Positions 1 through 8,440 of a stretch of 32,484 nucleotides of DNA are shown here, piece by piece. The DNA comes from a virus. Lineage: Duplodnaviria > Heunggongvirae > Uroviricota > Caudoviricetes. The stretch's first letter is position 1, and every line of letters starts with the position of its first letter. Position numbers and translations under genes: made by a program. The stretch lies in the IMG/VR virus record IMGVR_UViG_2548876858_000013; one strand, 5' to 3'. Under the pieces are notes generated by a model. It did not search any database and was not told the origin of the DNA. It saw only the letters and a program-made list of their open reading frames with translations.

Positions 1-996
1 TTATGGACGCATTATGGACATTCCTGACACCGGGTTAAGAGTCACTGCATCTTGTAAGAAATCCGGTGCAAAGTGTGCGTAGGTCATAGTTTGCTGAATG
101 TTAGAATGACCCAGGATGCGCTGCAATGTGATTATGTTACCTCCATTCATTATAAAATGTGTGGCAAATGTATGCCTCAAAACATGCACTGCCTGTCCGT
201 CAGGTAAATCGGGTTTTACTTCCCTGAGAGCGTTGCGCACTTTGTAGTAACTGGCATTAAAAAGCCTGCCTGAATTTTTGGTCTTGATCCGTTTAATCAG
301 GTCCTGCGAAACGGGAATTGTCCTGCGCTTTCCGTTTTTAGTTTTCATAAACGTAACCATCTGGTTAATGATGTGTTCAGCTTTTAAATTAGACACTTCA
401 CTCCAGCGTCCACCAGTAGAAAGGCAGACCAGAGTCGCATTTAATTCATCACCATCGAGCATGGATAACAGCCGTGTAATCTCTTCACTGGACAAAAAAG
501 CCATTTCTGTAACAGCTTCACGTAATCGCTTAACCTCACGGAACGGGTTGTGAGAATGGTATTCACCGGCGTCAATTAACTTGGTGAACATCCCGCTCAT
601 TATTGCCAGATGCCGATTTACGCTGGCTGGTTTTAGACCATCGTTCATCATTACAACGCGATAATCAGTTATCGTTTTCTTTGTTAGCTGGTCAGCTCTG
701 GACACTCCCATTTCTGCAAATTTGGCGATTATTGTCGTCAAACGCCCCCGTTCAATATCTCCACGCTCATGTGATTTTCCGTGATATATCCACCATCTTC
801 CTAACAATTCTGTAAGAGTTCGGCGGTCGGCTGGCTTCTCCAGCCACTCTTTGTTGTGGTAGTTAACCAGTACATGACGTTCGAATGCTTGAGCTTCACC
901 TTTAGTTTTAAATTTCCGCCTGATACGTTTTCCATCTGCACCCTGCGGTCTGACGTCCACTTCATAACGACCATCATCGAGCTTTTTAATAGACAT
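1..996 (-). CDS. int: Phage integrase (tyrosine recombinase)
   Basis: 331-aa ORF at the prophage left end, leftward like P2 int; C-terminal region has tyrosine-recombinase-like boxes (HVLRHTFATHF ... LGHSNIQQTMTYAHF). Confidence 0.9.
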   Translation of the reverse strand: MSIKKLDDGRYEVDVRPQGADGKRIRRKFKTKGEAQAFERHVLVNYHNKEWLEKPADRRTLTELLGRWWIYHGKSHERGDIERGRLTTIIAKFAEMGVSRADQLTKKTITDYRVVMMNDGLKPASVNRHLAIMSGMFTKLIDAGEYHSHNPFREVKRLREAVTEMAFLSSEEITRLLSMLDGDELNATLVCLSTGGRWSEVSNLKAEHIINQMVTFMKTKNGKRRTIPVSQDLIKRIKTKNSGRLFNASYYKVRNALREVKPDLPDGQAVHVLRHTFATHFIMNGGNIITLQRILGHSNIQQTMTYAHFAPDFLQDAVTLNPVSGMSIMRP

Positions 997-1089
997 AAAG
1001 CCCTCCGATGACGCTGTTTACTTCTACTACTTGAAAATTAATGCAATTTTCTTTCGTACATTTACTGCACACATAAGCTGAATAAATCG

Positions 1090-1401
1090 TCAGCCAGTCT
1101 TTTGGTCTGAGTGGTGCAAGGTTGTTGAGTCTTGCCCAATGTGCGCGAGCGCCGGGGCTATTTGTCCGCCAGCGGGATCAGTTTCATCAAACATGAACCA
1201 GTCACGGTACTTGCGAAATCTTTCTGGCTTGAAAAATTTCATGCCTGCGTCAAAAGACATCTTTACTTTTCCCTGCTCATATCCAGCATAGGTGTTGTAG
1301 TTAATTCCAGTTAATTCAGCAACTTGCTTCCTTGTCATTCTTTCTGACTCCCGAATAAGTGCGAGTTTCTCTGCTTGAGATGTGATTTGTGTATTTGACA
1401 T
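1090..1401 (-). CDS. C: P2 C-type immunity repressor (HTH_XRE-like)
   Basis: Longest ORF is 1090..1449, but the probable start is the ATG at 1399-1401 (MSNTQITSQ...), giving about 103 aa. Helix-turn-helix segment RKQVAELTGINYNTYAGYEQG; divergent from the downstream cox-like gene as in the P2 immunity switch. Confidence 0.7.
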   Translation of the reverse strand: MSNTQITSQAEKLALIRESERMTRKQVAELTGINYNTYAGYEQGKVKMSFDAGMKFFKPERFRKYRDWFMFDETDPAGGQIAPALAHIGQDSTTLHHSDQKTG

Positions 1402-1505
1402 GAATTGTCGTATCTCGTAATTTATGTTGCATGCGACACGCCAGAACAACGCAGAGCGACTTCAAATAGCTCTGGTTGAATGGCACCAAAGTTGAGGATA
1501 TCAAA
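1402..1505. promoter_or_regulatory. Divergent early promoter/operator region (Pc/Pe-type switch), inferred
   Basis: 104-bp intergenic region between the divergently transcribed repressor and cox-like genes. Position-based inference only; operator repeats not resolved. Confidence 0.45.
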
Positions 1506-1862
1506 ATGAGTATTGGATCAGAAATGAATAACGATGTTGGAGAAAAAGTATCTGATCTCACAAAAAGTAAAAAATGTGACATCAAACTTGCAGCCGCACC
1601 GTCGGATTTGCTCTCGAAAGAGGGATTTGCTCTTTACATCGGTAAGACGCCTCGTGCTGTTGCTGAAATGGCGAAAGCAGGCAAGTTACCAGCCTTTTAT
1701 ATGACGGACCCATTAAAGCCGGGCGGTCATGCTGAGTTATGGATTAATCGCCGTGAGTGGGACAAGTACGCAGCCCAACTAGTTGATGAAGCTCCGACAG
1801 AATGGCATGACTGGAAAAATCGCATTAGTTACAGCAAATCAAGACATGGCCGTGCGGCTTAA
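1506..1862 (+). CDS. cox: Cox-like excision/regulatory protein
   Basis: ATG at 1506 preceded by GAGGAT (1494-1499); the ORF track start at 1476 is a TTG. Position and orientation match P2 cox. 118 aa is longer than the 91 aa I recall for P2 Cox, so the assignment is by synteny. Confidence 0.5.
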   Translation: MSIGSEMNNDVGEKVSDLTKSKKCDIKLAAAPSDLLSKEGFALYIGKTPRAVAEMAKAGKLPAFYMTDPLKPGGHAELWINRREWDKYAAQLVDEAPTEWHDWKNRISYSKSRHGRAA

Positions 1863-1872
1863 GGTGGAAAGG

Positions 1873-2043
1873 ATGAACGAGCCTCGTTGTATTGCTCAGT
1901 TATTGCGTAACGAAAGCCCCAGGGCGATTGACTTCACCATTACCCACGGTAAGGGGCGTAAGGGAATCATTATCCGCACTAAAAAACAGAGTCCGTTAAA
2001 AAAGGCTCTGACCTTTCTGAAAAGCCGGAGGGTATGGAAATGA
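1873..2043 (+). CDS. Small hypothetical early protein
   Basis: ATG at 1873 preceded by AAGGTGGAAAGG; 56 aa. The in-frame ORF from 1783 would overlap cox. Confidence 0.4.
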   Translation: MNEPRCIAQLLRNESPRAIDFTITHGKGRKGIIIRTKKQSPLKKALTFLKSRRVWK

Positions 2044-2540
2044 CAGTGATGACGCTCAATCTCGTTGAAAAACAACCAGCAACTATGCGCCGGATAATTG
2101 GTAAGCATCTTGCCGTCCCTCGCTGGCAGGAGACATGTGATTATTATAATCAGATGATGGAGCGCGAACGGCTAACGGTTTGCTTCCATGCGCAGTTAAA
2201 ACAGCGTCATGCAACGATGCGTTTTGAAGAAATGAACGACGTCGAACGTGAACGGCTGGTTTGTGCAATTGATGAATTGCGTGGGGCATTCTCAAAACGC
2301 CGTCAGGTCGGTGCAAGTGAGTATGCATATATTAGCTTTTTAACTGTCAGTCAGCGCCGTACTTTATTTATGCACGCACGACTGACAGAAAAAGAATTTA
2401 ACCAGCCATACTGGCGAATTAATGAAGAATCATGTTACTGGCGTGATGCTTTATTCCGTGCATTACGTGAATTATTCAGTCTGTTTGAATATGCACCGAC
2501 AATTCTGACGTCGGTAAAACCAGAGCAATATCTGCATTAA
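2040..2540 (+). CDS. Early protein at the P2 gene B position (possible replication protein B, or CII-like regulator)
   Basis: ORF 2034..2540 (168 aa); the ATG at 2040 has better spacing to GGAGGG (2026-2031). Size close to the 166 aa I recall for P2 gpB. Function by synteny only. Confidence 0.5.
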   Translation: MTVMTLNLVEKQPATMRRIIGKHLAVPRWQETCDYYNQMMERERLTVCFHAQLKQRHATMRFEEMNDVERERLVCAIDELRGAFSKRRQVGASEYAYISFLTVSQRRTLFMHARLTEKEFNQPYWRINEESCYWRDALFRALRELFSLFEYAPTILTSVKPEQYLH

Positions 2541-2603
2541 GTAATTAACCAAAGTTTTTAACGCACTTAATCGTGCGGGGCTTCTTTTTGCCTGGAGAAA
2601 GTC

Positions 2604-2816
2604 ATGTATACAGTTTCTGAAAATCAGTGCGGTAAATACGCATTAATGCTGCAACAGGCCAGAACTGAAGCACAGGCCGATGCAGCAACGCGCTTTTCGT
2701 CTCATCTTGATGCCATGATTCGCCACATCACAAAGGCGGAGTTATCCCGCGTGGAGATAGTCGAGTTGCTCAGTCAGGAGTCTGCCAAATTCCATAATCT
2801 AGGACTCAATAAATAA
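2604..2816 (+). CDS. Hypothetical early protein
   Basis: 70-aa ORF with GGAG (2594-2597) six nt upstream of the ATG. Confidence 0.55.
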   Translation: MYTVSENQCGKYALMLQQARTEAQADAATRFSSHLDAMIRHITKAELSRVEIVELLSQESAKFHNLGLNK

Positions 2817-2830
2817 CAGGAAAGTTGGAG

Positions 2831-3076
2831 ATGACAAATACAAAATGGTTCAGGAAACGCTTAACAGATTATCAACTTTCATTACTTAAAAAATTAGATG
2901 ACAAGACTCCACTACATCCTTCAAGCGATGTCTTCCGCTCCTGTCCTAGTCGTGTGGAAAAAGCATTTATAGCAATGGGGAAATGGGGGCTTGTGACCAA
3001 ATCAAGAGAAGGTTTCTGTATTACCGATAATGGCCGGGAAATGATTGATTCTGCGGAGAGGGCATATAGCGAATGA
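2831..3076 (+). CDS. Hypothetical early protein
   Basis: ATG at 2831 with AGGAAAG upstream (2817-2823); the ORF track start at 2825 is a TTG. 81 aa. Confidence 0.55.
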   Translation: MTNTKWFRKRLTDYQLSLLKKLDDKTPLHPSSDVFRSCPSRVEKAFIAMGKWGLVTKSREGFCITDNGREMIDSAERAYSE

Positions 3077-3363
3077 AAAATATATTGCTTAATAACTGGC
3101 TGAAGATTTCAGTCATGAAAAATGGTGATTTGTCGCTAGCTGATATTAAACGCGATAAAAACACTGGGGATATGGTGGAATCAACTATAGCCATTTATGC
3201 GGATAAATTAAATCTCCTGTCTGATGTGGTCAATTTACTTGTTAAACGCGCTGTATTTCACAAGCAAATCTCCTCCGTGGATGAACTGACGAAATTAACG
3301 ACAGAAATTGCCAGCTATTGCGCTGATGAATTTAAAAAACTGAACGACAAAAGGAGCTGGTAA
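3073..3363 (+). CDS. Hypothetical early protein
   Basis: 96-aa ORF; start overlaps the upstream stop (ATGA), suggesting translational coupling. Confidence 0.55.
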   Translation: MKNILLNNWLKISVMKNGDLSLADIKRDKNTGDMVESTIAIYADKLNLLSDVVNLLVKRAVFHKQISSVDELTKLTTEIASYCADEFKKLNDKRSW

Positions 3364-3587
3364 TGCCGGACAACGTAGATTTTATTCAGGAACAACAGGC
3401 TGAATTACTGGAGCGTCAGATTAACGCGGCAAGGGTAAAACATTGCGGTGCTTCTGCGCTGGTTTGCGAAGAGTGTGACGCGCCAATACCTGCTGCCCGT
3501 CGTGCGGCTTATCCGTCAGCCACGCGTTGTGTTTCCTGCCAGTCAGTCTTTGAAGCAAAAAACAAACATTACCGGAGAACGGCATGA
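3363..3587 (+). CDS. TraR/DksA-family C4 zinc-finger protein
   Basis: 74 aa with a four-cysteine motif CEECDAPIPAARR...TRCVSCQ typical of phage TraR/DksA-like proteins; start overlaps the upstream stop (TAATG). Confidence 0.8.
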   Translation: MPDNVDFIQEQQAELLERQINAARVKHCGASALVCEECDAPIPAARRAAYPSATRCVSCQSVFEAKNKHYRRTA

Positions 3588-3859
3588 GTATTCGTATTGA
3601 AATTGGCGAACGTTATGTCGTTACCAGTGACAGCTTTCAGTTTATTCTCCACGAGAAAAAGAGAGCTGAAAGCGGTAAAAACGCCGGTCAGGAATGGCTG
3701 GCGGTGGTTGGTTATTACCCGAAATTAAGCCAGCTCGTTTCCGGCCTGATGCATCACGATATTCTGACCGGAAGCGCAAAGTCTTTTGCTGATTTAAACG
3801 CGCAGGTTGAGCAACTCAGCAAGCGTTGTTCAGAGGCTTTTGGCTCATATGGCCGTTAA
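3584..3859 (+). CDS. Hypothetical early protein preceding gene A
   Basis: 91-aa ORF, start overlaps the upstream stop (ATGA), GGAG upstream. Confidence 0.55.
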   Translation: MSIRIEIGERYVVTSDSFQFILHEKKRAESGKNAGQEWLAVVGYYPKLSQLVSGLMHHDILTGSAKSFADLNAQVEQLSKRCSEAFGSYGR

Positions 3860-6125
3860 AGCCTCCGGGCGTTTTGTCCCTCCGTCAGCATTTGCCGCAG
3901 GCACCGGTAAGGCGTTTACCGGTGCTTATGCATGGAACGCGCCACGCGAGGCTGTCGGGCGCGAAAGACCCCTTACACGTGACGAGATGCGTCAGGTGCA
4001 AGGTGTTTTATCCACGATTAACCGCCTGCCTTACTTTTTGCGCTCGCTGTTTACTTCACGCTATGATTACATCCGGCGCAATAAAAGCCCGGTGCACGGG
4101 TTTTATTTCCTCACAGCCACTTTTCAGCGTCGTTTATGGCCGCGCATTGAGCGCGTGAATCAGCGCCATGAAATGAACACCGACGCGTCGTTACTGTTTC
4201 TGGCAGAGCGTGACCACTATGCGCGCCTGCCGGGAATGAATGACAAGGAGCTGAAAAAATTTGCCGCCCGTATCTCATCGCAGCTTTTCATGATGTATGA
4301 GGAACTCTGCGATGCCTGGGTGGATGCCCATGGCGAAAAAGAATCGCTGTTTACGGATGAGGCGCAGGCTCACCTGTATGGTCATGTTGCTGGCGCTGCA
4401 CGTGTTTTCAATATTTCCCCGCTCTACTGGAAAAAATACCGTAAAGGACAGATGACCACGAGGCAGGCATATTCTGCCATTGCCCGCCTGTTTAACGATG
4501 AGTGGTGGACTCATCAGCTTAAAGGCCAGCGTATGCGCTGGCATGAGGCGTTACTGATTGCTGTCGGGGAGGTCAATAAAGACCGTTCTCCTTATGCCAG
4601 TAAACATGCCATTCGTGATGTGCGTGCACGCCGCCAGGCAAATCTGGAATTTCTTAAATCGTGTGACCTTGAAAACAGGGAAACCGGCGAGCGCATCGAC
4701 CTTATCAGTAAGGTGATGGGCAGTATTTCTAATCCTGAAATTCGCCGGATGGAGCTGATGAACACCATTGCCGGTATTGAGCGTTACGCCGCAGCAGAGG
4801 GTGATGTGGGGATGTTTATCACGCTGACCGCGCCGTCAAAGTATCACCCGACACGTCAGGTCGGAAAAGGCGAAAGTAAAACCGTCCAGCTAAATCACGG
4901 CTGGAACGATGAGGCATTTAATCCAAAGGATGCGCAGCGTTATCTCTGCCATATCTGGAGCCTGATGCGCACGGCATTCAAGGATAATGATTTACAGGTC
5001 TACGGTTTGCGTGTCGTCGAGCCACACCACGACGGAACGCCGCACTGGCATATGATGCTTTTTTGTAATCCGCGCCAGCGTAACCAGATTATCGAAATCA
5101 TGCGTCGCTATGCGCTCAAAGAGGATGGCGACGAAAGAGGAGCCGCGCGAAACCGTTTTCAGGCAAAACACCTTAATCGGGGCGGTGCTGCGGGGTATAT
5201 CGCGAAATACATCTCAAAAAACATCGACGGCTATGCACTGGATGGTCAGCTCGATAACGATACCGGCAGGCCGCTGAAAGATACTGCTGCGGCTGTTACC
5301 GCATGGGCGTCAACGTGGCGCATTCCGCAATTTAAAACGGTTGGTCTGCCGACAATGGGGGCTTACCGTGAACTACGCAAATTGCCTCGCGGTGTCAGCA
5401 TTGCTGATGAGTTTGACGAGCGCGTCGAGGCTGCACGCGCCGCTGCAGACAGTGGTGATTTTGCGTTGTATATCAGCGCGCAGGGCGGGGCAAATGTCCC
5501 GCGCGATTGTCAGACTGTCAGGGTCGCCCGTAGCCCGTCGGATGACGTTAACGAGTACGAGGAAGAAGTCGAGAGAGTGGTCGGCATTTACGCGCCGCAT
5601 CTCGGCGCGCGTCATATTCATATCACCAGAACGACGGACTGGCGCATTGTGCCGAAAGTTCCGGTCGTTGAGCCTTTGACTTTAAAAAGCGGCATCGCCG
5701 CGCCTCGGAGTCCTGTCAATAACTGTGGAAAGCTCACCGGTGGTGATACTTCGTTACCGGCTCCCACACCTTCTGAGCACGCCGCAGCAGTGCTTAATCT
5801 GGTTGATGACGGTGTTATTGAATGGAATGAACCGGAGGTCGTGAGGGCGCTCAGGGGCGCATTAAAACACGACCTGCGAACGCCAAACCGTCAGCAAAGA
5901 AACGGAAGCCCGTTAAAACCACATGAAATTGCACCATCGGCCAGACTGACCCGGTCGGAAAGAATGCAAATTACCCGTATCCGCGTTGACCTTGCTCAGA
6001 ACGGTATCAGGCCGCAGCGATGGGAGCTTGAGGCGCTGGCGCGTGGCGCGACCGTAAATTATTACGGGAAATCTTTCAATTATCAGGTCGCTGATGAGTG
6101 GCCTGGATTTTTGTTACCCATTTGA
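3849..6125 (+). CDS. A: Rolling-circle replication initiation endonuclease (P2 gpA-like)
   Basis: Long ORF 3807..6125; start may be the ATG at 3849 (MAVKASG...) or 3807. Contains an HUH-like motif (PHWHMMLF, about 5038-5060) and a paired-tyrosine motif (GYIAKYISK, about 5195-5220) characteristic of phiX174/P2-type Rep proteins; P2 gene A position. Confidence 0.85.
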   Translation: MAVKASGRFVPPSAFAAGTGKAFTGAYAWNAPREAVGRERPLTRDEMRQVQGVLSTINRLPYFLRSLFTSRYDYIRRNKSPVHGFYFLTATFQRRLWPRIERVNQRHEMNTDASLLFLAERDHYARLPGMNDKELKKFAARISSQLFMMYEELCDAWVDAHGEKESLFTDEAQAHLYGHVAGAARVFNISPLYWKKYRKGQMTTRQAYSAIARLFNDEWWTHQLKGQRMRWHEALLIAVGEVNKDRSPYASKHAIRDVRARRQANLEFLKSCDLENRETGERIDLISKVMGSISNPEIRRMELMNTIAGIERYAAAEGDVGMFITLTAPSKYHPTRQVGKGESKTVQLNHGWNDEAFNPKDAQRYLCHIWSLMRTAFKDNDLQVYGLRVVEPHHDGTPHWHMMLFCNPRQRNQIIEIMRRYALKEDGDERGAARNRFQAKHLNRGGAAGYIAKYISKNIDGYALDGQLDNDTGRPLKDTAAAVTAWASTWRIPQFKTVGLPTMGAYRELRKLPRGVSIADEFDERVEAARAAADSGDFALYISAQGGANVPRDCQTVRVARSPSDDVNEYEEEVERVVGIYAPHLGARHIHITRTTDWRIVPKVPVVEPLTLKSGIAAPRSPVNNCGKLTGGDTSLPAPTPSEHAAAVLNLVDDGVIEWNEPEVVRALRGALKHDLRTPNRQQRNGSPLKPHEIAPSARLTRSERMQITRIRVDLAQNGIRPQRWELEALARGATVNYYGKSFNYQVADEWPGFLLPI

Positions 6126-6385
6126 GTAAAAATGCAGCGTGATTTTATATGCCTTTGAATGGATTATGCGAAGCGCCTCTAAGGCAGATGAGGAGCAATA
6201 GCATGCTGAAGTAGAAGGCTAAATTGTATTGAATCGCTAGCATGTAATTTAAGGCAGCTATTTGATTCGAGTCATAAAAGAGCATCTATTTCGGCTAATA
6301 AAACCATTGCGAGTGACCTTTTGTCGAAGCATAATTCATCTCGAGCGAAGTCTTGCTAGTCTTTCATCGGAATGATGACAGGCGC

Positions 6386-6415
6386 AAAAAAACCACCCTG
6401 GCAGGTGGTTTTTTT
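6386..6415. terminator. Bidirectional intrinsic terminator-like hairpin
   Basis: AAAAAAACCACC / loop CTGGCA / GGTGGTTTTTTT: an A-tract and T-tract flanking a GC stem; 13 nt downstream of the minus-strand small ORF stop and about 260 nt downstream of gene A. Confidence 0.6.
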
Positions 6416-6427
6416 GTTTGAAGCATA

Positions 6428-6541
6428 CTAAAGAATAATACTTACATGGATATTACTGACGTTTACTGACAAACCACTTGGACTACCATATGGATAGCCA
6501 AAGAGGGCCAGAACGAGAATGCAGTAATAGCACTTCTTCAT
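6428..6541 (-). CDS. Small hydrophobic protein (37 aa), candidate small membrane peptide
   Basis: Minus-strand ORF MKKCYYCILVLALFGYPYGSPSGLSVNVSNIHVSIIL, translated by hand. Near-consensus RBS GGAGGAGAT immediately upstream of the ATG and a hairpin terminator just downstream. Below the 60-aa cut-off of the ORF track. Confidence 0.4.
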   Translation of the reverse strand: MKKCYYCILVLALFGYPYGSPSGLSVNVSNIHVSIIL

Positions 6542-7112
6542 ATCTCCTCCTGTAAGCAGAGGGCAATTTCCGCCGATATATGCGCTTCTGAGGCGGAGTT
6601 ACTATTTAGCGAAGTCTTGCCCTGAAATAATGCTCTGTTTAAACGCAAAGTGATCTGGCATATCACCGAACAGAGAGCCTGAACAACACAACATATAGTA
6701 TGTCGTTGTTTCTGGTTGCATTTTATGTTGTGTAATACTGGTTTTGCATCAAGGATGTTTGAGCTTTTTTTGATATAGCTCAAAGTAAAAAGCAGGGACT
6801 ACGGATGATAAGGTATTGAAAGCAATGTAAATTTTTTAAAGTTATTGGTGGCTAAAAAATGCACGGTTTCAATATGGCGGACTTAAATAAGCAATTAAAA
6901 AAGTCATAAATATCACTAAAATCATGGTGTTACGTTTTTTTGTGGGAGCTGCGGTGACGCTTAAGTTGATTTGTCATTAAATAAGCCGTGCATGCAACAA
7001 GTGAATGTTTTTGCATGCGTCGGGGATGCCCGTTCCAGCTGCTCGCGGTCAGAGCTGGTGCGGATCCATAGTATCTATGCAACTGCATTAAAACCGCCAC
7101 ATGAAGCGGGCG

Positions 7113-7131
7113 GGCGAGGCGGGGAAAGCAC
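7113..7131. other. cos site (P2-type 19-nt cohesive end GGCGAGGCGGGGAAAGCAC)
   Basis: Exact 19-mer that I recall as the P2 cohesive end and start of the P2 genome, followed here by TGCGCGCT as I recall for P2; sits in a GC-rich patch within otherwise AT-rich DNA between A and Q. Confidence 0.65.
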
Positions 7132-7355
7132 TGCGCGCTCCATTAACGACCATTACATAATACTATTAGCCTATGAATCGAGTCATGAGATGTTATCTTT
7201 ACGATTCAGGCGAGTGCTTTCGTTACGATGAGTTAGTTTAAGCACACTATCTGCACAAAAAATAATCTGTTGAAGCGATTCATCATTCCTAACGCTCTAG
7301 AGTCTTAAATAAAAATATGTAAAATGCGTAAAATTTTCTGAATTATGGATCAGCT

Positions 7356-8438
7356 ATGCTTGGAACTTCATCACAAAGAGCTATTTCAGTACAACATGTT
7401 GATTTAAATGTAAAGTGTTGGGTCGTTAGACCTGGGATTAAGTATAGATATTTTGCAGACTTCCTTGAACGCAATATGGTTGCTACTGCTCACTTGGATA
7501 GGTTAAGTCCAGATCAAATTGACTTTAATGATGAAATTAACCATGAAAATATTAATCAAAAGGTTGATGGGTTAGATACTATTGGTTCAAGAAATATTCA
7601 TACCCAAATTGAAAATTTCCTCATAGATATGCAGGTCGGTGATGTTGTTTTCACTTTGTCAGGTGATATGGTTGTTCCTGGAGTTATTGCATCTTCCGCG
7701 TATTTTGAGCGTGAATGTTTAGGTAATAATGAAGGGTTTCATGTAAGACGTAGAGTCACATGGGGAGAGCCAGTTCGCAGACGAGAGATTCCATTAGCTC
7801 TTCAGAAATCGTTTACTGCATACCAGACCGTATTCTCTTTGGGCGGGAAGTCAGAAGAAGTACTGCATTGGTTAATGTCATTCTTTATAACGGATAATAT
7901 TTTCTGTACTAGCTTAAGAGTCGAGCAAGCAGAAGCCATTCGGCATCATACTCTTAAGCAGCTGGCTGAGCTGGTCGATAGAGTGCAGGTACTTGCGCTA
8001 TTAATTGGCGAAGAGTTTGATGGCGAGTATACAAACGAAGTTGTTCAGTTTGAGATGGAAAGACTTTCTAATAATGGAGAGTTATCCTTGACTGCTCAAC
8101 AAATGTTGATGTCTCCGGGGGATGTTTGGCTACAATTTAAAACAAATAATAGAAAGGCCGGAATTGCGTTTATGTTAATTATGGGGGCCATTTTTAATCA
8201 TGATGTAGCCTTCGCTTCAACGGTTGATAATCGTATAAGTGAGGAACTTCGATCTCATATTGAAGGGAAAAAAGAGGTTGCAATGGATGGATTAAACTTT
8301 GATAGAGTTTCTCAAGTTCTAGAGTTGCGTTTAAAAAGACAAAATAGAGGCTTTGTTTCTGCTCGTCCAACGAACCGTGAGATCGGACAGGGGATCAATT
8401 TCCCTGAAGATGGTGATGCGAGGCATGCGAGTGACTAA
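7356..8438 (+). CDS. Hypothetical cargo protein, 360 aa, soluble; first gene of a two-gene operon
   Basis: Long ORF in AT-rich DNA; weak RBS (GGAT), so the true start could be downstream. No nucleotidyltransferase GS..DxD motif and no clear HEPN or PD-(D/E)xK motif seen by eye. Confidence 0.7.
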   Translation: MLGTSSQRAISVQHVDLNVKCWVVRPGIKYRYFADFLERNMVATAHLDRLSPDQIDFNDEINHENINQKVDGLDTIGSRNIHTQIENFLIDMQVGDVVFTLSGDMVVPGVIASSAYFERECLGNNEGFHVRRRVTWGEPVRRREIPLALQKSFTAYQTVFSLGGKSEEVLHWLMSFFITDNIFCTSLRVEQAEAIRHHTLKQLAELVDRVQVLALLIGEEFDGEYTNEVVQFEMERLSNNGELSLTAQQMLMSPGDVWLQFKTNNRKAGIAFMLIMGAIFNHDVAFASTVDNRISEELRSHIEGKKEVAMDGLNFDRVSQVLELRLKRQNRGFVSARPTNREIGQGINFPEDGDARHASD

Positions 8439-8440
8439 CT

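Noticed and set aside
3807-3848. Upstream in-frame start for gene A at 3807
   Set aside because: It would overlap the preceding gene by 53 nt, whereas the ATG at 3849 gives the usual short overlap; the 3807 start cannot be excluded.
6344-6620. 13-bp direct repeat AGCGAAGTCTTGC at 6344-6356 and 6608-6620 as possible insertion-site duplication or mini-element ends
   Set aside because: A 13-bp exact match can occur by chance in a 32-kb window, and no terminal inverted repeats or transposase are present; kept only as a note.
6538-6783. 81-aa minus-strand ORF in the A-cos spacer
   Set aside because: No recognisable RBS, Cys-rich low-complexity translation, and its 3' end overlaps the start of the much better supported 37-aa ORF; probably a chance frame in AT-rich DNA.
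6971-7231. 86-aa plus-strand ORF
   Set aside because: It spans the cos site and its GC-rich patch; the translation (GGRGGESTARS...) reflects the cos sequence rather than a protein.
7356-8438. Possibility that the 360-aa cargo protein is a CBASS/Pycsar-type nucleotide cyclase or a HEPN or PD-(D/E)xK nuclease
   Set aside because: No GS-x(n)-[DE]h[DE]h nucleotidyltransferase signature, no R-x(4-6)-H HEPN motif and no convincing PD-(D/E)xK triad seen by eye. Structure-based search is still needed.
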